NCBI GenBank assembly: GCA_963675595.2
Contig: CAXXLZ010000002.1
Coordinates: forward strand, 736,001 to 800,000
DNA length: 64,000 bases
Origin: Thermodesulfobacteriota bacterium
GTDB taxonomy: Bacteria; Desulfobacterota; Desulfarculia; JACQYL01
Direction of reading: 5' to 3'
A model generated the notes under the pieces. That model did no database searches, was not told where the DNA came from, and was given only the letters and a program-made list of their open reading frames with translations. Numbering within the stretch: the first letter of the stretch is position 1; every line of letters begins with the position of its first letter. The position numbers were made by a program, and so were the translations under genes. Below are positions 8,381-16,987 of the stretch, one piece after another.

Positions 8381-9961
8381 ATGCGTCTGAAAAATCGAGG
8401 CAACGCCCCGAAACCTCTTGGGAACATCATGACGGTCCTGGCACTGACTGCGATGGGGCTTCTTGCCTCCTGTTCCGGCGGCGCCCAATCCGAAGAAAAC
8501 CCGGTCACCTACGCCGTCGACACTTACAAACTCTTTGATGCATCGTCGTGGGAAGCCATCCAACGATTCGTTGTAAGCTCCGATGGGGAGCGGGTGGTTT
8601 ATGAAGTCTACAACTCAGACCCGGATCACACGTTCTCAAGAATCCTGAGTGTTCCCTTGATCGGAGGCCCCGCCGTAGAACTTTTCAATACGGACACAGA
8701 CGACCGATTTATTCACTGGTACGAAATCACTCCAGACGGGTCGCATGTCGTTATATCGGCCACATCCGATTACGGCCTCGGGTTTCGGCTCTATTCCGTT
8801 CCCATCGGGGGAGGCGAGCTCCTGGCGCTCAACGAAGACCCGACGGTCCCCTACGATCCCAATGGGCCGTCCTACTTCATCATCACCCCCGACGGACGAA
8901 GCCTGCTCTATGCCGCCCTCGCAACCGAAGACCTTCGCATCGTACCGGTTACCGGAGGCCCCTCCATGTCCTTGAGCGGTCCTTTGAAAGGCACCATATC
9001 CGCCCTATCCTTCCAAGTCGACCCGAAAGGTGACTACGCGGTCTATACCGCAAAATACGAGGGAGACGACGAAGCCGTGTACAGTGTCTCCCTGAAAGGA
9101 GGAGAGCCCATCCGATTGAGCCGTGAATCAGTCCATCTGCCGTATCCGGTGGATGACTTGACCATGATTACTCCGGACGGCGGTCGTGTGATCTATGTTT
9201 ATGCGACAGTTGGCGCCGATGTGTGGTTTCATATAGCAGGGGTTCCCATAACGGGCGGCGAAGCCGTGCATTATCTCCAAAGCCCGGACACTCCCCACAT
9301 GGAACTGAGCCTTCATGCGCCCTACTTTCTAGGTGAATTCCGCGAATACGACGGTGGACCGCAAAAGCTGCTTGCCGTCTCCACCATCGACGGACGTATT
9401 CGAAACCTGAGCGAGGGATTGCAATCACCCTCCGGAATCAGAGGTTACGGGATCACTCCCGAGGGCGGGGACGTGATCGTCGCGGCGAATTACAATCAAG
9501 AAGAGTTTCGACTTTTCAGAGTTTCTCTTGAAGGCGGCCGCCCGGTCCAGCTGGTCCACTCACCGGTGCAGGAGGACGGAGGCGCGTTCGTCGGCTTTGG
9601 CGAGGACGGTAAATATGCGTTGTATTCCTTGTACTATTTTCCGGACGGAGGGCTGCAAACCCGGGACGTGTACAGCATCCCTCTCAAAGGAGGCGCTTCG
9701 CGGTACCTGTGCTCCACCCGTCGCTTCGTCGTTAGCCCGGACAATGAATGGCTCCTGTGCGGGTCCGGCGTGATGGTTCCCACAACAGGAGGCGTCCCTT
9801 TGGACCCAACGGGCGGGGTTTCCACCATGGCATGGTACTCCATAATCCCGACGTTTGCGTATCCCGCGGACAAGACCTGTATCGTGTGGACCTCGCAAGC
9901 AGCACCGTCTTCGCCTTCGGACCTGTTCGTCGGCGTACTCAGAGAAATCGTGGAGGAATAG
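8381..9961 (+). CDS. TolB/PD40-like beta-propeller lipoprotein (paralog 2)
   Basis: LLASC-SGG lipobox; same blade repeats and same C-terminus DLFVGVLRE(I/V)VEE as paralog 1; GGAGG before ATG 8381. Confidence 0.8.
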   Translation: MRLKNRGNAPKPLGNIMTVLALTAMGLLASCSGGAQSEENPVTYAVDTYKLFDASSWEAIQRFVVSSDGERVVYEVYNSDPDHTFSRILSVPLIGGPAVELFNTDTDDRFIHWYEITPDGSHVVISATSDYGLGFRLYSVPIGGGELLALNEDPTVPYDPNGPSYFIITPDGRSLLYAALATEDLRIVPVTGGPSMSLSGPLKGTISALSFQVDPKGDYAVYTAKYEGDDEAVYSVSLKGGEPIRLSRESVHLPYPVDDLTMITPDGGRVIYVYATVGADVWFHIAGVPITGGEAVHYLQSPDTPHMELSLHAPYFLGEFREYDGGPQKLLAVSTIDGRIRNLSEGLQSPSGIRGYGITPEGGDVIVAANYNQEEFRLFRVSLEGGRPVQLVHSPVQEDGGAFVGFGEDGKYALYSLYYFPDGGLQTRDVYSIPLKGGASRYLCSTRRFVVSPDNEWLLCGSGVMVPTTGGVPLDPTGGVSTMAWYSIIPTFAYPADKTCIVWTSQAAPSSPSDLFVGVLREIVEE

Positions 9962-10136
9962 CGGAGCAAAGCACAGGTGTCCCGGGCCCTGTAATGAAAC
10001 CATGACACTCCGGGGATGTTGTTGAATGGGTTGGGTGTCGAACCGGCGGCGTCGTGACACTACGGCATTCGCATGAACCATCGGGGCGGGAGGCGCAGTC
10101 GGCGCGTCTCTGCTCAGGACCCGCCTGAACGCCCTC

Positions 10137-10167
10137 AATAAAAAGGGCGAAGCATCCGCTTCGCCCT
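10137..10167 (-). terminator. Rho-independent terminator of the cytochrome operon
   Basis: Minus strand AGGGCGAAGC-GGAT-GCTTCGCCCT followed by TTTTATT. Confidence 0.75.
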
Positions 10168-10219
10168 GAATCTTGCCTACTCTCCGATCCCGGAACCGGA
10201 GAAAGTTATTTCGTCGAGA

Positions 10220-10963
10220 TTATTCGGGTCGTTCAGTGTCCTTCCCCTTTTCGGGTTTGGGGAACGCGGCATACGGCTTGTCTTTGTAATGGTAGTGACA
10301 GTCGGTGCAGCGGTACGGGACTTCCTTGCCGGCATCCACCAAGTTCTTGTGGCAGCCCTTGCACTGCCGGTGGAAAGCCGTTTTGAGCTTTACCACGCCG
10401 TCATGGTCTTCTTTCTGATGGCAGGTGTTGCATTTCTGTATCGGGTCGCCGCGCTTCCAGACGTTTTCGCCGTTCTCATAACGATGGTGACAACTGGTGC
10501 AGGGCGTATTGTACTTCTTCCAGTGGTTCAGATGGGTGAAAACCACCGAAGGTTTCGTTCGGCCTTCCTGGAAATCATAGTAATCGATCTGGCCGTGACA
10601 TTCATGGCATTTGGTCGGCGCATCTCCACCGCTGAGTCGATGACATTCCACACAGTTCTTGTGCATGGCGTCCTTGAGCGTGGTCAGTGCTTCCGTGGCC
10701 TCGCCGTCGGTATGACACACACTGCATTTCTGAATGGGTTCGCCTTCCACGTGTTCGTGGTGGCAATCGGTGCAGTCGCTCGCGTAGTTTTCCACATGGT
10801 TCTGATGGGTGAACTCCACCGGGGGACGCAGGCGCTTGCCTTCGAAGAAATTGGACCGAATGTAAAACGCGTCCTCAACTCCCGACTGCGACTGGGCCCA
10901 AACCAGACCCAAAGCACCTATTCCCATAAGCAAACAGATGAACAGAACGACGGCTTTCCTCAT
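10220..10963 (-). CDS. Octaheme class III cytochrome c (two tandem cytochrome c3-like domains)
   Basis: Signal peptide; 8 CxxCH motifs; two V.FTH..H...CxxCHH units. Confidence 0.9.
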   Translation of the reverse strand: MRKAVVLFICLLMGIGALGLVWAQSQSGVEDAFYIRSNFFEGKRLRPPVEFTHQNHVENYASDCTDCHHEHVEGEPIQKCSVCHTDGEATEALTTLKDAMHKNCVECHRLSGGDAPTKCHECHGQIDYYDFQEGRTKPSVVFTHLNHWKKYNTPCTSCHHRYENGENVWKRGDPIQKCNTCHQKEDHDGVVKLKTAFHRQCKGCHKNLVDAGKEVPYRCTDCHYHYKDKPYAAFPKPEKGKDTERPE

Positions 10964-11008
10964 GAAGTTCCCTTTCCGGCAATCCGATTCTCGACCACGG
11001 TTCCGGGA

Positions 11009-11617
11009 TTACTTGTGACAGACAAAGCAAGTATTCGGCGCGGATCGCTTGGAATGGCAATCGGCGCAATCGTCCATCTTCATGCGATCCCAGGAGTTGC
11101 TCTTGAAGCCCGATATGTTCCGACCCCAGATATCGATGCTGTATCCCGTAAGCCGGTTCTCCAGGTACGCGGGAAGAACGTTCTCCGTATTCTTGGGCCC
11201 GTGGCAGGTCACGCATTCGATCTTGGCCATTTTAACGTGCGGGGCGTGGGCGAAATACACACAGATGGGTTGTTTGGAATAGACGCGCCAGGGAATCTCC
11301 CGGTCTCCATCGATATATTCGTCCATCAAAACCGCTTCGTAAGGGCTCTCACTCTGCCTGTACTCGTGGCACTGGGCACAGTCGGAGGTTTTCGGAATAC
11401 CACTGAAGGTCCCGTTGGGCCTCAAAAAGTGGCAATTCGAGCATTCCAACCCCACCTGGTCCCCATGTTTTGCGTGGGAAAAATTCATAGGTTGAGGCTT
11501 TTCAACGTACAACAGCATGGGGAACACAACCCAGCCCACCAACAAGCTGAGGACCAGTCCCCCCACAAAGGGAACCACATCCGCCAGAATATTTCGGCGC
11601 TTAATATAGGGCGCCAT
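11009..11617 (-). CDS. qrcA: QrcA/ActA-like membrane-anchored pentaheme cytochrome c
   Basis: N-terminal TM, QPMNFSHAKH, 5 CxxCH, YSKQP..VYFAHAPH, ENRLTGYS, RMKMDDCADCH, ends CFVCHK; AGGAGG RBS before ATG 11617. Confidence 0.8.
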   Translation of the reverse strand: MAPYIKRRNILADVVPFVGGLVLSLLVGWVVFPMLLYVEKPQPMNFSHAKHGDQVGLECSNCHFLRPNGTFSGIPKTSDCAQCHEYRQSESPYEAVLMDEYIDGDREIPWRVYSKQPICVYFAHAPHVKMAKIECVTCHGPKNTENVLPAYLENRLTGYSIDIWGRNISGFKSNSWDRMKMDDCADCHSKRSAPNTCFVCHK

Positions 11618-11702
11618 AGAGTGCCTCCTAGTACGAATTTTGGCCTTCTTACCGGATCGTGAAAAAAAAATCAAGCTCAGATTGAACTCTTTTTCACCGA
11701 CG

Positions 11703-13970
11703 TCACATCCTTTTCAGCAAGTCCGCAAACGGAGAATTGAATGCCTCCTGCTTACGGGACCGGCTTTCGGACTCGCCGGTCTTGCCCCGGACGGGCGCGC
11801 TTTTCGCTTTCCCTTCCGTCTTTCGTTCCGCTTGCGCATCCTTTCTCATGGAAAGGGAAATCCTGCGCCTTTCCAGGTCCACTTCGAGCACGGTCACGGA
11901 AACCTTTTGGTGCACCTTGACCACCTGGTGGGGATCCTTCACGTAACGGTCCGCCAGTTGGCTCACGTGTACCAGACCGTCCTGATGGACCCCTATATCG
12001 ACGAAGGCCCCGAACGCGGTGACGTTGGTCACCACGCCGGGAAGCACCATGCCCGACTCGAGGTCCTCGATCTTCTGCGCTTTTTCAGAAAACAGGAAGG
12101 ATTCGAAAGCCTTCCTAGGATCTCTGCCGGGTTTACCGAGCTCTTCCAGAATGTCCTTAATGGTGGGCATTCCCACACGGTCCGTCACGTATTTCTTGGG
12201 GTCCACCCCTCCCAGGGCCGCATCGTTCCCCACCAGTTCCCCGATGGAACAGCCCAGGTCCGAAGCCATGGATTCCACGACCCAGTACGATTCGGGATGA
12301 ACCGCGCTCCCGTCCAAGGGGTTCAGCCCCCCCCGGATTCTCATGAAGCCCGCAGACTGTTCGAAGGCTTTCGGTCCGAGCATGGGGACTTTGAGCAGCT
12401 CCGCTCTCGACCGGTAAGGACCGTTTTCGTTCCGGAAGGCCACCACGTTCTTGGCCAAACGGGGTCCCATACCGGAGACATAGGTCAGAAGGGAGGGGCT
12501 GGCCGTATTCACGTCCACGCCCACCGCGTTCACACAACTCACCACCACATCGTCCAGCGTGCGCTTGAGCTCCCTCTGGTCCACGTCGTGCTGGTACTGA
12601 CCGACCCCGATGGACTTGGGATCGATCTTCACGAGTTCGGCCAGAGGGTCCAGAAGCCTCCTACCGATGCTCACCGCGCCTCGAATCGTCACGTCCTGGT
12701 CGGGCAGCTCTTCTCTGGCTACACGAGACGCGGAATACACGGAGGCGCCGCTTTCATTGACCATGGTCAGGAAGATTCCCTCCGGCAGTCCTAAACCGCG
12801 CAGGAAACTTAACGTCTCACGCCCTCCCGTGCCGTTGCCCACCGCCACGGCCTCTATATCAAACTTCGCACACAGCGCCGAAATCACCTTGGCGGCCGTC
12901 GCCCTCCCGGCATCGTTCAACAAAGGAAACACGGTCTCCGTGTGCAACAGCTTTCCCTGCCGGTCCAGGCAGACCACTTTGCACCCCGTGCGAATTCCGG
13001 GGTCCACGGCCATGATGATCTTTTCGCCCAGGGGAGGAGCCATGAGCAACTCCCGGAGGTTCGCCGCAAACACGTGAATGGCCGTTTTGTCCGCTTCCTT
13101 CTTGGCCTCCATGCGCTTTTCGGTCTCCATGGAAGGGGAAAGAAGCCTTCGATACCCGTCGCAAACCGCCTCCCCGACCTCCTTTGAACACGCCCCCGCG
13201 CCTTTGACGAAGCGAGAGCGAAGAAGGTCCAGGGCGCGATCTTCCGGCACGGCAACCCGCAGGTTGAGGATGTCTTCCGCCGCTCCGCGGAGCATGGCCA
13301 ATACTCGGTGAGAGGGCGCTTCCGATATCTTTTCCGTCCAGTCGAAATAGTCCTTGAACTTCGCTCCCTCGGTTTCCTTGCCGGGTATGGCGCGACAGCG
13401 AAATACGCCCTCCGAGGCAAACAGGCGACGGATATCGCCGCGCGCCTCCTCACTCTCGTTGACCCATTCCGCAATGATGTCCCGAGCGCCGGCCAACGCC
13501 TCCTCGACGCCGGAAACCCCTTTTTCCGCGTCCACATAATCGGCGGCCAGACGAGACGGATCGGCCGTTACCTCCTGAAGAAACAGGGCTTGAGCCAAAG
13601 GCTCCAGTCCCTTTTCCCGGGCCATGGTCGCTCGTGTTCTTTTCTTGGGCCGATAAGGAAGATAGATGTCTTCAAGTAGGGTGAGGCTGTCGGCCTGCTC
13701 GATACGGGCCTGCAATTCTTCGGTGAGCAATTCCCGTTCGGATAAGGATTTGAGGATGGACTCGCGTCGGGCGTCCAGATCCCGAAGCTGAAACAGACGA
13801 TCCTTGATGTCCGTGATGGCCACCTCGTCCAGGCTCCCGGTGGCCTCCTTCCGGTACCTGGCCATAAACGGCACGGTGGCGCCTTCTTCGATCAAACCAA
13901 CCACGGCCCGAACCTGAAAAGCTTTCAGGCCCATCTCCTTTGCGATGGGTTCCACATATCGTTCGCTCAT
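11703..13970 (-). CDS. tex: Tex RNA-binding transcription accessory protein
   Basis: GATVPFMARYRKEATG, DPGIRTGCK, VNESGASVYSAS, DPKSIGVGQYQHDV, C-terminal S1 domain (FGAFVDIGVHQDGLVHVS). Confidence 0.95.
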   Translation of the reverse strand: MSERYVEPIAKEMGLKAFQVRAVVGLIEEGATVPFMARYRKEATGSLDEVAITDIKDRLFQLRDLDARRESILKSLSERELLTEELQARIEQADSLTLLEDIYLPYRPKKRTRATMAREKGLEPLAQALFLQEVTADPSRLAADYVDAEKGVSGVEEALAGARDIIAEWVNESEEARGDIRRLFASEGVFRCRAIPGKETEGAKFKDYFDWTEKISEAPSHRVLAMLRGAAEDILNLRVAVPEDRALDLLRSRFVKGAGACSKEVGEAVCDGYRRLLSPSMETEKRMEAKKEADKTAIHVFAANLRELLMAPPLGEKIIMAVDPGIRTGCKVVCLDRQGKLLHTETVFPLLNDAGRATAAKVISALCAKFDIEAVAVGNGTGGRETLSFLRGLGLPEGIFLTMVNESGASVYSASRVAREELPDQDVTIRGAVSIGRRLLDPLAELVKIDPKSIGVGQYQHDVDQRELKRTLDDVVVSCVNAVGVDVNTASPSLLTYVSGMGPRLAKNVVAFRNENGPYRSRAELLKVPMLGPKAFEQSAGFMRIRGGLNPLDGSAVHPESYWVVESMASDLGCSIGELVGNDAALGGVDPKKYVTDRVGMPTIKDILEELGKPGRDPRKAFESFLFSEKAQKIEDLESGMVLPGVVTNVTAFGAFVDIGVHQDGLVHVSQLADRYVKDPHQVVKVHQKVSVTVLEVDLERRRISLSMRKDAQAERKTEGKAKSAPVRGKTGESESRSRKQEAFNSPFADLLKRM

Positions 13971-14140
13971 GGGTTAGGCTAGTTAAATCCAGGCCCGTAG
14001 GATGTCAAGAGAATCCGAAGAGAGACGGCGCCCCCGCCCCTCAGCTCAGGATGCCGAAGAGCAAAGAGACGTTTCGGCTCGGCGGTCTTATTGGGCCGAG
14101 CCGGGGATTGCGCCGCAAGTTGAAACGAGTCCCTTCGTAT

Positions 14141-14292
14141 CAGCCGTGGAAGGGGCCGGTTGCCGCAGGCTGATGAAAAACCGAAGTGTGCAAGGCGCAC
14201 AAATCACGACGAGCGAGGAGTACTTAGAAGAAGTACGCCGAGGTGATGAGGAACAAAGTGGAACGCCGCAGATCGCGTTTTCCGTGGGCCCG
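14141..14292 (+). repeat. Dispersed MITE-like repeat, family A
   Basis: GCCGGTTGCCGCAGGCTGATGAAAAA...TGCAAGGCGCACAAATC...GTACTT...AAGTACGCCG...AACGCCGCAGATCGCGTTTT, collinear with 59633-59787. Confidence 0.8.
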
Positions 14293-14307
14293 ATATGGGG
14301 CTCGCGT

Positions 14308-15606
14308 TCATTTGACTTTGATCCAAAGCAGCTTTGCGGGAGAGGCCCCCGTATTCTTCCATTCGGTAGGCATCTCGGAGCTCAGGTAGACCAGATTCCC
14401 CGACCGAATGACATGGGCTTCCTTCCCCACTTTGAATTGCAGTTTTCCCGAGAGCAGGTAACCCAGTTCGTCCCCTTTATGAATGAAGAAATGCGAAGAA
14501 AGGGTTTGTCCCGGAGGAACCTCGATGACATAAGGCTCCGCCCGCCCGTCGAAATCGATGGGGGTCAAGAGATTCGCGGATAAGCTTCCCTCGGGCAAGT
14601 TGGGAAGTTTGACTTCCACGGCCTGCGCCGGGTTGAAAACGAGTCGTTTTCTGGGCTCGGCCCGGTCCTGAAAAAAAGTGCTCACGTCCACGAAGAGTAC
14701 TTCCGCCATTTTCAGCAACGTGGGCAGCGACGGGTAGATGAAGTTGCTTTCGATCTGGGAAATCGTGCTCGGGGTCACTCCCACCAGTTTGGCCAGTTCC
14801 GTCTGGGAAAGACCCCGCTTGATCCTCAGCTCCTTCAACCGTAAGCCCAAATCGATCTTGCTGGTGGTCTTTTTTTCGTCGTCGAATCTCACGCTCAGAT
14901 CGCGGGTCCAGTAACGATGCGGCTTATGGAAGTTCTCCGAATCCCGGCCTTCTCCTTTGAGGATACTGAGCGTAGTGGTTCCTCTCTTGATGGAGAGTTC
15001 GATGGCGACCTGCGCGATCTGGTTCATCTGTGCTCGAAACCTGGACGAATGCGCGTTCTTCTCCAGAACCCAATAAGCGATGGTCTGTAGTTCGTACAAT
15101 CTGGGGCAGGAATGGACATAAAAGCCCAGAAACTGCTCTTCCCCTCCCCAGAGCTCCTGCATTCCGGTGATGCTCTCGAACACCAAGCGGACATCGCCTT
15201 CCATGCGCGAGTGGATTCCATAGAGAGCATCCGTGAAGGCGTCCAATTGTGAGGGATGCTCCATCCTCAAGATTTCGCAGGGCCATTCCGAGGAAGGTTG
15301 ATCGTAGAATCGGGTAAACACCTCGGAGTCGCCGCCTTTGCCCGAGGTGAAACAATCCATGATGGTGAGTTGCGGATACTCCGCCAGCACGCCCAACTTT
15401 TCCAGAAGGTTCTTGGGCGAACGGTCGAAAGTAACATAAATGATGGGTTTTCCCTGAGATTGGGAAGATTGGAGAAAATTCAGACAGAAGACAGACGCCA
15501 AGCTCCCGGCGTCGTCATACCATAGGACATTGTCACCAATGAAAAGTCCTCCCAAGAGTAAGTCGAGCTGACCGACTCCGGATGCTACTCTAACGCGCTG
15601 TTGCAT
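14308..15606 (-). CDS. Transcriptional regulator: KaiC/RecA-like N-domain + XRE HTH + cupin
   Basis: SGVGQLDLLLGGL (KaiC/RadA-like start); LKELRIKRGLSQTELAKLVGVTPSTISQIE (HTH_3); HKGDELGYLLSGKL (cupin). Confidence 0.85.
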   Translation of the reverse strand: MQQRVRVASGVGQLDLLLGGLFIGDNVLWYDDAGSLASVFCLNFLQSSQSQGKPIIYVTFDRSPKNLLEKLGVLAEYPQLTIMDCFTSGKGGDSEVFTRFYDQPSSEWPCEILRMEHPSQLDAFTDALYGIHSRMEGDVRLVFESITGMQELWGGEEQFLGFYVHSCPRLYELQTIAYWVLEKNAHSSRFRAQMNQIAQVAIELSIKRGTTTLSILKGEGRDSENFHKPHRYWTRDLSVRFDDEKKTTSKIDLGLRLKELRIKRGLSQTELAKLVGVTPSTISQIESNFIYPSLPTLLKMAEVLFVDVSTFFQDRAEPRKRLVFNPAQAVEVKLPNLPEGSLSANLLTPIDFDGRAEPYVIEVPPGQTLSSHFFIHKGDELGYLLSGKLQFKVGKEAHVIRSGNLVYLSSEMPTEWKNTGASPAKLLWIKVK

Positions 15607-16002
15607 ACTGTGCCCGAACCTTTCAGGATTTCTTCCAGTGCTGCTTAATATATTCGGCAACTCTAGCGGAAACCCGTCCCACGCGTCAAGCCGCTCACGT
15701 TAAACTCTGGAAGAAAGGACAGGAGAAGCCGGTCACACGTCTGCGATTCGACGAACGCCCCGCTCTCCCGTGGCTACGGTCAAGGCACGACACCGGCGGT
15801 TTCACCCCGGAATAAGGGGATGACGAGCGATCGCCGTTCTCGGCAGGCGAAAGAAAAAAGGCGATGTGCACGCCTTAGGTGAATAGCGCTTTATCTCTTC
15901 GATATGGCGTACTCCGACGATGCCCCGCTCAGCGAGAATACCACGCGGTGCATGTCGCCGTCTTTCATCGGCCTGCAGCGGACAGCCTATAATAACGGGC
16001 TG

Positions 16003-16335
16003 TCAGGGCTGATCCCCTTCCTCGGGACCGCCGACCCCATACATCCTGAAATGCTCGTAGCGGTATCGCGCCCATTTGTAAGCGTCCATAATGGAAACCG
16101 CATAAACGAACCAACCGCCCGCGTATCGGCCCAAAACCGAATGCTGAGGAGTCGTGAGATGAAAACAAAGCCACGCGAGGATCAGCATGAAAAGCAGCAT
16201 CGTCAAGCCGCGTTTGGGGGTATTGTTCAATACCTGCCCCATCCCGGGAAGAATGATGGCGATGAGGAGAACGAGGTAGGGATTGTACGGACCCTTCCGG
16301 CGGGAACCGGTGCTATGGGCGTTTATGGGTTCCAT
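16003..16335 (-). CDS. Small integral membrane protein (permease cassette)
   Basis: NPYLVLLIAIILPGMGQVLN...RGL...GRYAGGWFVYAVSIMDAY; about 3 TM segments; co-oriented with the permease genes. Confidence 0.65.
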   Translation of the reverse strand: MEPINAHSTGSRRKGPYNPYLVLLIAIILPGMGQVLNNTPKRGLTMLLFMLILAWLCFHLTTPQHSVLGRYAGGWFVYAVSIMDAYKWARYRYEHFRMYGVGGPEEGDQP

Positions 16336-16530
16336 GCTTCCGTATCCTAATTCTTCAGACAATCTCACATCGTCGATGATTGAAGCCGGATATTTCGAGG
16401 GGCCCTCGAACACGCTGCTCGAAGGCCCCGGGACGGTCTCTCCAAGATCGGGGAAACCGTTCCGGTGTCTTCTCATGTCTTTGAAGGCCGCGCCGAGCCG
16501 GGGAGATATCCCAGACTCGGCGCAAAGCGT

Positions 16531-16974
16531 TTATCGTACGATGGTCACCGGGCAATGGGCCTTATGCACGACATCCGCGGCCACGGAGCCCAACAAGATC
16601 CGAGCCACGCCCGTTCTTCCCATGGATCCCATAACGATATGGGAGAACTTTTCCTCCTCCGCATATTCGATGATCGCGGCCGCGACGTTTCGACGAGCGT
16701 AAACGCGTGCGCAATCCACCTTGGCCACACCCGCTTCAGCGGCGACCCCGTGGGCCGAGCTGAGCTCCATGAAATCCTGGAGGTTCGCCGCCTCGATGAG
16801 TGTCGACCCTCGGTAGCGAATCTCCGACGCGGACTCTTCGGTAATTCTGGAAACCAGCAGAAACGTCAACGGCACTTCCAGTAGTTTGGCAAAGCGAACG
16901 GCAAAATCCACCGCTTTTTCCGCTGTAATGGACCCGTCCGTCGGACATAGAATCTTATTGATCAGTTCCCGCAT
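16531..16974 (-). CDS. Universal stress protein (UspA family)
   Basis: KILCPTDGS...AIIEYA...IVMGSMGRTG...LLGSVA..VVHKAHCPVTIVR. Confidence 0.92.
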   Translation of the reverse strand: MRELINKILCPTDGSITAEKAVDFAVRFAKLLEVPLTFLLVSRITEESASEIRYRGSTLIEAANLQDFMELSSAHGVAAEAGVAKVDCARVYARRNVAAAIIEYAEEEKFSHIVMGSMGRTGVARILLGSVAADVVHKAHCPVTIVR

Positions 16975-16987
16975 GACAATGCACCTC

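Noticed and set aside
5880-9962. Near-identical 3' ends of the two propeller genes as a DGR template/variable repeat pair
   Set aside because: Both copies are coding, the differences are not adenine-specific, and no reverse transcriptase is present in the window.
11655-11700. A9 tract and GTGAAAAA...TTTTTCAC upstream of qrcA as a Rex operator or phase-variable tract
   Set aside because: Spacing does not fit the Rex palindrome, and a single intergenic A9 is not evidence of phase variation.
14002-14583. 193-aa plus-strand ORF
   Set aside because: It is made of family A repeat sequence plus the antisense of the regulator gene.
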